A DNA stretch of 62,997 nucleotides, filler included, from Licmophora abbreviata (taxonomy: Eukaryota), in the NCBI GenBank assembly GCA_900291995.1. It is 13 parts of 13 records of this genome, joined end to end, with 100 filler letters (N's around TTAATTAATTAA, not from the genome) between each part and the next. Parts side by side here need not be neighbours in the genome. Positions count along the whole stretch, not along the records: positions 55,053 to 57,308 come from OLMU01002551.1; positions 57,409 to 61,188 come from OLMU01002553.1; positions 61,289 to 62,997 come from OLMU01002557.1; 10 more parts are not named here. One strand, given 5' to 3'. The notes below the pieces were generated by a model. That model worked only from the letters and a program-made list of their open reading frames with translations. It searched no databases and was not told the origin of the DNA. Position numbers and translations under genes: made by a program. Shown one piece after another: positions 55,477 to 62,997 of the stretch. Position 1 is the stretch's first letter; each line of letters starts with the position of its first letter.

Positions 55477-56886
55477 TTACACAATCTGAATGGGAATACC
55501 CGCAAACACCTCCTTTTCGTCCTTCTTTTTCTCGCAGCAATTGTCGTTGGGGCTCGATCCACAGCAGCTCGCGCAGCTAGGACCACACACGCCGTTGCCG
55601 CTGCAGCAACAGCAGCAGCTCTGTTCGGCAGTGATATTGCCCTGTGCAACGTCGTCCGTCGACACACCACAGCAGCAGCACGAGCAGCTCTGCGGAGGCA
55701 TCTTGGGAGGACAGCACGCCATGCTGATCAAACGGGTAGCCGCAAAGATGCACAAGACGGGCATGGCGAGGAAGGGGTTGACAACAGCCAAGACCAAGAT
55801 TCCGACAAGCGCAACAATCTTGAAGCACTTGCGCATGCGCCACTGTTTCTTCCAGTTGTTGTCTCCCATGGGGTTCATCTGGGCCAGGACATGCGGAGGG
55901 AGAGGCGGGATGTGACCAAGAGGCTCGTTGAGATCGGCCTCGATGGCAGCCTTGATACTGGGGTTGCTGTACACAGACTGTAGGATGCGACGCTTGAGAC
56001 GGCGGCTTCCACGCATCTTCCTACCGTGCTTACGGAAGCGACGGTGCAGCAGCATGAGTGTAAGGAGGCACAGGACACCGTAGAGCAAGGCTAAGCCAAA
56101 GAACGTTTCTTCCTCATGCTCCATCGCCAACGAGTGATGAGCTGCCGCATGGCTTCCTGAGGCAATTTCTTCAAAGCGAAGGAGGGACTGAGCACAGGGA
56201 CGCGAAACGGCTCCCTGTTCGTAAGCACGCATCAGGCAGCGGTTCTTGGGACATCCAAAGGGAAGTCGGGGGCGATGGTGGTGGCCAGATGAAAAGGTTT
56301 CGGGGGACACCTCGGTCAGACGACGCGCGAGACGACGACGGTCCTCGTCCTGCTCTTCGTTGAGCATGTCATTTCCGAACTTGATCAACGACTTGGAGAA
56401 CTCGATCGGATCTGACGCAAGAACAGGCAAAACTGACTGTTCTTCCTCTTCCGCGTCACCAGATGCAGCGACTTGCTCGGAAAGTTTGAAGAGCATCGAC
56501 TCAAAGACTTCTTCCGAAGGCTCTTTGATCCGCATGGGCGGACGTGGGGGAGGAACTTCGTCCACAATCATAAGAAACGAAGGCTGGTCCTGGGAAATAA
56601 TGAGGGCCGAATCCATCAAGCTGGTGATGAGATCGTCTAGATCACGAGAAATCATGGGAGACTCCCCATTAGTAGAAATGGGGCTGAGAAACCAATCGAG
56701 AACGGGATCGTCGGGACGCACGAGCGGGGTAGACGAGCAGAGCGTGTCCACATCGACGGCACAGGTCTGTTCGATGGCATGCATGGCATGTGCCATGGGA
56801 GGCGCGTGAGGAAAGGCCCCATGGTGATGGCCTGAAAGAACGAGATTCACCGAGTACGCAGCATGTGGTGAGTATGAACCGGACAC
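55477..56886 (-). CDS. Membrane protein with Cys-rich C-terminal tail; 5' end unresolved (possible upstream exon 57083-57047)
   Basis: 469-aa ORF, several TM segments, CSCCCCG...CCCCCSGNGVCGPSCASCC tail. Confidence 0.75.
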   Translation of the reverse strand: MSGSYSPHAAYSVNLVLSGHHHGAFPHAPPMAHAMHAIEQTCAVDVDTLCSSTPLVRPDDPVLDWFLSPISTNGESPMISRDLDDLITSLMDSALIISQDQPSFLMIVDEVPPPRPPMRIKEPSEEVFESMLFKLSEQVAASGDAEEEEQSVLPVLASDPIEFSKSLIKFGNDMLNEEQDEDRRRLARRLTEVSPETFSSGHHHRPRLPFGCPKNRCLMRAYEQGAVSRPCAQSLLRFEEIASGSHAAAHHSLAMEHEEETFFGLALLYGVLCLLTLMLLHRRFRKHGRKMRGSRRLKRRILQSVYSNPSIKAAIEADLNEPLGHIPPLPPHVLAQMNPMGDNNWKKQWRMRKCFKIVALVGILVLAVVNPFLAMPVLCIFAATRLISMACCPPKMPPQSCSCCCCGVSTDDVAQGNITAEQSCCCCCSGNGVCGPSCASCCGSSPNDNCCEKKKDEKEVFAGIPIQIV

Positions 56887-57408
56887 AGATCTAGCACTCG
56901 AAGCAGTTTTCGCCTACGACGTCACGTTGATCTGGTAGCACAGTCTACGCAGGAAATCTGGCGAACAGAATTGTTCTTTCTTTTTCCGTTTTCTTCGGTT
57001 ATTTTCATCGAATTCTCACGTCGCCACAGCAACAAGCCCCTCTTACCATGATGTGCCATCGCAGAAGCCGCAAATAATCCCATGGTGGCGAAGAAAAAGA
57101 AGAAGTGTCTCCCTTGTCGCTTCAATCAAGCCGCGTGACTTTTGTGATGAAGGCAATAGAAGCGAGATGTACTGACGGCTGCGTAGATTGTACGGGGGGA
57201 GTCAGTATACTCGTATTCAATATATATGGTCATTTTGTCTGATGAATGAATCAATCAAATCAGTCCGGTGTTTTCAGAGACCTCGCGAGCTCGGAAGATG
57301 GTACGACTNNNNNNNNNNNNNNNNNNNNNNNNNNNNNNNNNNNNNNNNNNNNTTAATTAATTAANNNNNNNNNNNNNNNNNNNNNNNNNNNNNNNNNNNN
57401 NNNNNNNN

Positions 57409-60400
57409 AAATCTCCCCATCGCGAGACTGGGCAGCGTAATTTGATCCGTCCAGCATTCTCATTGACAGACTTCGCTTCTTGTACTGCCAGAATCGCGAG
57501 TCTCCGTGCCGGAAATCCCCGTTACGAACCAAGTTGTACAGTCCACAAAGGGCTGGAAGCAGCTCGACAGACACGTTATCCACGAACATGGCAACCTTCC
57601 TGACATTCCGATGTACCCCAAGCATGACGCTTGTTGCAGATACAAATCGAGACGTCATATCAAGAACCCCATGGACAAGCTGATACCCATCCATTGCCTC
57701 CGAAGTGTACGAAACAACAGTCTCCGCCATTGTTTTCTTGTAGTCTTGATCCATTCCGAGATAGGTGTAAATGTCAATCTCCGGGCAGTCCTCTCTGTTG
57801 ACGTCGCACAGGTGAAGCTTGTTATTGTCTTCCTCTACCAGTTTGACCCATGCCTTGAGTTCGTATTGTCGACCGACCATGCCGTTCACGCAGCGACTGT
57901 CAAGAAATTGTGATATGCCATCCTTATTTTTGTCCCTGCGTCTGATGTCCACGAAGGCATTCGTTCCACCAATCCCCTCCCCAACTGCTACTGCAATGCC
58001 ACCTTGACGATGCAGCCAGTGGGCATGGTCGTTGGATTCGTCCGCATCTCCGTTTCGAATCAAATTATCACACTCACCCGCAGCCACGGGAGGGGCCACA
58101 ACCCGAATTGACCCTTCCGAAAGGCTCGCAGGGCAAGTTTCGACTTCATATTCCTCCTGTACGAAGGTTGGCCACGCATCATTTCCATTGGAAGCCACGA
58201 ACTTTGCGACGTACGACCCCGGCGGGAGTGTCACTGCAAAGAAACGACGGGTCTTATACCGTGAATTAAACAGAACTGTCTCCAAGTCATTAGACTTCTC
58301 GTCATAGTAGAACGAATCAGACACTTCGATGCAAGCTGTTGGGTCGCTCGATCTGCAGATTTCTAGTTTGATGCCCTCGGTCCCCGCCGGGTCGACAGCG
58401 TAGGTGACGGTTCGAAGGCACGCATCTATGCAATACGCGTAACACTGTTCCGGTACTAACACGCACTTGGGAAGAAAGGTTGTCATGGTGGGAGAGTTGC
58501 TGACAATGGACGAAGTCCCTTTGAAGTTGATTGTTGATGGTCGTGTGCTACTGTCGAGATCAGTAATATAGATATCTTGAATTCCGACATTCTCAGCTTC
58601 GCAAAAGTTGATCGGAATCGTACCTCGCTCAATGCTAATGTTTGAGAGGGTTGTGAAAAAGTCAAAACTCCCCCTTTCAACCTGATCGTCAAAGTCGAAG
58701 GCGGCACTTTGGCTGCATCCTGAGTCGCCGAAGCCAGATAAGGTGATGTTTTCCAGAACAGCTCCAGTGTCGAACAGGTCTCTGGTAAACGAATGAAATT
58801 GTATTCCGGCGAGAGCCTTCTTCTTGGAGCAGACCCCTGGTACAGACTGACTTTCCATAATTGCGTGGTAATCAGATGTTATCCCAATGATCTGAGCATT
58901 CCTAAAGGCGATCTTGTCGGCGCGGTCAAAGTCAACCTGCCGACGATTATCGGCGTAAATACCCCCGTCGACGGCCACGTTATGTGTATGGTGAAGCCAA
59001 AAGCCGTCCCCTTCGTTGCGGTATATTCGAGACCCGTGGAAGACCGCTTCTTCATCTGGTATGTAACCGTCTGGGTAGGTTCTGATCCCTTTCTGTGAAT
59101 GGAACGAGCCGGAAGATAAGGTTCAGGGGTAGGATTTTGAAAAAGTTAGAATGTTGCTGATGACGGACTGTAGCATCAGGTAGTCACACTTACATCTCGG
59201 TTTGAGTGGGCCACATTATTCTTGAAGAGTATGAGCGGGGCCTTCATTGGGTTGAGATCAGGGGCCAAACGGGCGCTCGGACCTCTCACTTTAGGCCGAA
59301 GCTCAAGCCAGAACCCACTGAACTCTGACCCAGCAGCTACATTCCCCTCCCAAGTGTTTGTCGGATTGGTCATCCAGAACGTCGATGGCTGGTCATCGGT
59401 CTCTTCGCCATTTGACCCCATATCAGGTATCACATCGCGAACAGGTAGAGTCAGGGCCCCAAGGTTCGAGCGAAATACATTGCCTTGCTCGTTGCCATCT
59501 TCTGTCATGAAACAGTGCCCTCGTGTATCGTACGCCACATTGGACTCGACCAGCAGATTGTGACTGCCATGGACAACGACACATCGCTGGTTGGAATCCC
59601 GAATCAAATTTTTGGATACGATTGAGCCCGACACATCACCACACAAGTGAAAGTGAATAGGCTAAATTATCAAGGACGGATGACTGGTGAGCTTCAACAG
59701 GAGCTGACAAGAAGTCAAACATTGACGATCCGTTTGAGAAGCCGACTTACGTATCGCCCAAGAGAGCCCTGCTGCCCAAAGTTTCGGAATTCGACTCCTT
59801 CAAGTTTCTGTTGCACTTGCGGAGTACGATAGACAATCATATGCGCCCCGTGTCGCGTCTTGGGATCGTCATCGTCGCCCTCGAATACAAAGTTTCGAGA
59901 TAGCAACGCCACTTCGACAGCAAAATCTGGAGTATCTTTTATTGTCGTCGGACGACGAATCGGTCTATTCAACTCGACAACCACATACTCAGAGTCCTCA
60001 TAGCTTGAAAAACCAACAATTGTTCGTACCTGCTCGTCTTTGTAGCTAAGAGTATGCGAGGTGATGAGTACTTCGGACCCGATGCCCCATCGTTGTCGGA
60101 TCAAACGAGGAAGCACTATCTTGTTCGACTCCACCACGTCATATAAATTAACCCACGTTGGCGTGTCTGACCTCAGCCCCTCTATCTGAAGCCTTCCGCC
60201 AGCGACGATGAATGGTTTCTTTCCGATGGCGCAGAACTCACCGCCGCATCCGTCGGAATTGCTGTCCGCAGGCTGAAACGTGGGCACTTGCTCGTCTGTT
60301 CCAGTCAAGATGATGCGCACGTCGGGCATGCCATCTGGTATTTTCGTGGACGTCATTTGGATTTCGCCCTGAACAAGGACAAAGGGCGTTTTGATGATTA

Positions 60401-60884
60401 TCTGGTATCCGTCAGGAATCACTAGTTTCCCTTGAATGTCGATGCCGCGTTCCAACGCAATTATCGGGGAAGATACATCCATCCTGATACACCGCCCACA
60501 AGGTACGACCAAGGTTGAGCTGTACGCATACTGTCTCCCAAATAGTGAGGTCCACGTCTCTGTACACGGGTTTGAAGTCAGGCCAGCCTCGACGTTACAT
60601 TCAAGGGTTGAAAAGTCTCCAGCCGGTTGGCCTACGGTTCTCGCGGTCAGTTCAGATTCCTTCGTCAACCCCATGGGCTCATGGGGCTTCCGCTGCCGAG
60701 CAGGCCTATCCCTGAATATGTTTGCCCCATCATGAATTTCTTGCATCGTTTCATACTGAGAGATAAGCTGTTTTGGGAGGCGGGATCGATCTGCATCTAC
60801 CTCTTCATTTCCACCTCGAAGCACGGCCGAGTCTACTGACAAAGGCAGAAGCAGTGCCAGGGTGGCAGTCCGGAGCCTCTTCAT
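57409..60884 (-). CDS. Secreted G8-domain / parallel beta-helix protein (TMEM2/CEMIP/fibrocystin-L-like) with CBM-like modules; introns 59662-59750 and 59093-59193; 3'-truncated
   Basis: Signal peptide, FAVEVALLSRN, GQQGSLGRY|PIHFH, RCVVVHGSH, GHCFMTEDG, FWMTNPTN..GNVAAGS; NLIRNGD/NLVRNGDF module starts. Confidence 0.87.
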
Positions 60885-61288
60885 GACCCGCTTTCTGATG
60901 AGCTTGTTATAAATGCGAGACGAAACAATGTGAACCGTATGGGCTGACCTGCCAAAGCCGGATTCACTCGTTATGCATGAGAGAAGTACAGAGTAATGAC
61001 CCCTGGAGTCGTGCGGCATCACGAATTGGATTGCTTTTTTATGACCCTGTGACCGGCGGTGTGCCGACAGGCAGGCGCCAGCCATTCGCTTCCGGTTGGC
61101 ATATGTTTCGCTCATCAAAGCGGTCATGTCAGAATGTCTCAATCAATAGTGCAATCTGTGTTCTCCGATATGATCTCTTTTTCACTAANNNNNNNNNNNN
61201 NNNNNNNNNNNNNNNNNNNNNNNNNNNNNNNNTTAATTAATTAANNNNNNNNNNNNNNNNNNNNNNNNNNNNNNNNNNNNNNNNNNNN

Positions 61289-62996
61289 AAGCTCTTTTGA
61301 CATCCTGGTCACCATCTCGGGGTCTTTAAGACGGTCGTGTCGAGAATAAAACAAAACGACGATTCTCCCCACCGAGGGTGATGGCACAGGAATGGCCACA
61401 ACAGTTTTGATCCCCCACTGCGCGGCGCCCCCGCATCGTTCAAAATGTTGATGAGGAGCGTGCTCCACATTCTGCTCCCAGCACGGAACACCGCTCTGGT
61501 AGACTCGACCCGGCAGTCCACACCCTATATCGAACGAAAACTTCTGACTATATTCCCCAAATGCAAACCAATCAAAATGCTCGTCCGTTGACATGGGTTC
61601 CTTTCCTCGCCCCTTGTCTGATATCTGTGAGTCGGTAGTCGCCGCGCCCGCGAAGCACAGTCTACACGTCGACTGAGGCCCTGCACCCGGATCTTGCGCA
61701 GACACGAAAGAGGGCACCCATGCATCCACATGCTCAAACGGTACACTATGTCGTTGAAGATACGCAACAACCTTTGCCAAAAAGGGTGGCTTTTGAACCC
61801 GGCTACTCTTCTTCTTCGCAGCATGACCGTTCTGACCGGGCATAGCGTTCGATGGTGCAAAGAGGTGCAGAAGGTCTTCCAAACCCGGCCCATCCACGAC
61901 GTCCATGTCTCCCAGTTCGGCCTGTTCGATAAAGACGCCTTGATCGGGATTAAGACGATCCTGGCTGAGCGCGTGCCCCATCATGAGTTTGCGACGTGCC
62001 ATCCTGGCGGCATCCTTTGCCTGTGACATTCGTCGATCGAGTTCCTCGACGCTACTCAACCAGATATCCGCGTCGAGGACTTGTCCCACCTGGACGCAGT
62101 AGCTACTGAATAATTCTCGCCACTCCTTTTGCACGTGAAAACGGATCTCCGCTCGTTCCATACTGCATTCGATCGATCGGAAAAAGGCTTCCTCTACTTC
62201 TGAGAATTCCCTCGCGTCCGTGGCTTCCGAAATGCACCCAGTTGTGCGTTTGAACGTTTTGGCGCTGAGCTTTGCATTCTTCATCTTCTTTGTCAATCGC
62301 GATTGCTTTGACTTAAGCATTCCCGCCAAGAACTCGTTGAGCTTGGCCCCATCTACAACCGGAAGATGTCCGGCTTCAAACCTTTCCACTAGCATGTCGC
62401 AGTAGGCGATTTCAGCATCGGTCCATCTTCCCGTTCTTGCGTCTGACGAATCTCCTGCACCCGTGTCGTCTGCCGCGGACCCTGCCAGCACTTCTGGGTT
62501 GAGACGAGCGATGGTGGCATTCTTTCGTTTCCGCCCTCGCTTTCCGGATTTCTTGGCAGTCTCGGCGGCAAACCGTCGAGCCTGATCAATCTCTTCAAAT
62601 GACATGGGTATGAGATAGATCCCTCTCGTCGACTGTCCGCAGGAAGGGCAACATGTCAGTGGCGTTGAGCTTCCGAGAAGAGGAGTACATCTCTGCGAGA
62701 GAGGGAGAGATGATAGAATATGGATGCCAATTGTGTAAGTGCTAGACAAGCAAGACACACCTCCTCGCGTCGCTCGGAAGTTTGGCGTTCCTCGTACAAC
62801 TCTACGAGGTCTATACTGCAGATTCTGTCCGGAAGTTACGCACCGCGTGGTAATAGCATTGACAATCGACGATTTTCAGGTCACAGCCGCCGAATCCACA
62901 CTTTCTGCATAACAGCGCCGGGTCTTGTGTTAGATCCGCAGTCACAGTCGCTGCCGCCACAAGCGGGGCTCCATACAAATCGCCGCTGGCTGACAT
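61289..62996 (-). CDS. Putative transcription regulator: RING-like Zn finger + GRWT helical domain + NIN-like-protein-type GAF; intron 62693-62843; 3'-truncated
   Basis: CRKC..C...CQCYYHA|RC...CPSC; RTGRWTDAEIAY..SRLTKKMK; YSQKFSFDIGCGLPGRVYQSGVPCWEQNV. Confidence 0.75.
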
Positions 62997-62997
62997 C

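Noticed and set aside
56887..57125. A sixth +1 break (AAAA at 56907-10) or a TTG-initiated signal peptide for the Cys-rich gene
   Set aside because: Several splice solutions are possible, including ATG|intron|GCG without any shift; it cannot be resolved from sequence alone.
5485..61288. Twelve regularly recurring TTAATTAATTAA elements as a repeat family or mobile-element ends
   Set aside because: Identical N-padded 100-nt artificial linkers with stops in all frames.
1..62997. CRISPR arrays, rRNA, tRNA, transposase or reverse transcriptase genes
   Set aside because: None recognised by eye; small RNAs could have been missed without a covariance-model search.

Overview
Eukaryotic nuclear DNA from a diatom-like photosynthetic stramenopile. 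Evidence: short GT-AG introns, bipartite signal+transit presequences on riboflavin synthase and VIPP1, and TTAGGG-type repeats. The window is 13 pieces joined by 12 artificial 100-nt spacers (N44-TTAATTAATTAA-N44), so adjacency across spacers is mostly not biological; two spacers split single genes whose ends overlap. About 30 compact protein-coding genes are present, including CCT2, cofilin, RPLP1, DGAT2, ATM1, riboflavin synthase, an Mx-like dynamin, two tandem alpha/beta hydrolases, CHK2, two tandem glycosyltransferases, VIPP1, TrmH, SEC24, kinesin-14 and a G8-domain protein. Most notable observations: (1) a selenoprotein K gene hidden from the ORF track (MAGG-UGA-GK), followed by a strongly structured 3' region in which I see no canonical SECIS; (2) a composite promoter element GCGSSAAA-N5-TTYRAA (E2F+CHR-like) with identical spacing and orientation upstream of three unrelated genes; (3) a (TAACCC)22.5 tract that starts at the riboflavin synthase stop codon, in the wrong orientation for a chromosome end; (4) five +1 frame breaks in four otherwise intact genes, probably consensus errors but testable; (5) unusual architectures: RING+GRWT+NLP-like GAF, dsRBM+degenerate GNAT, CHK2 with a PIP-box, and an FSA-type aldolase with a signal peptide. 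All family assignments are by motif recognition only; no searches were run.
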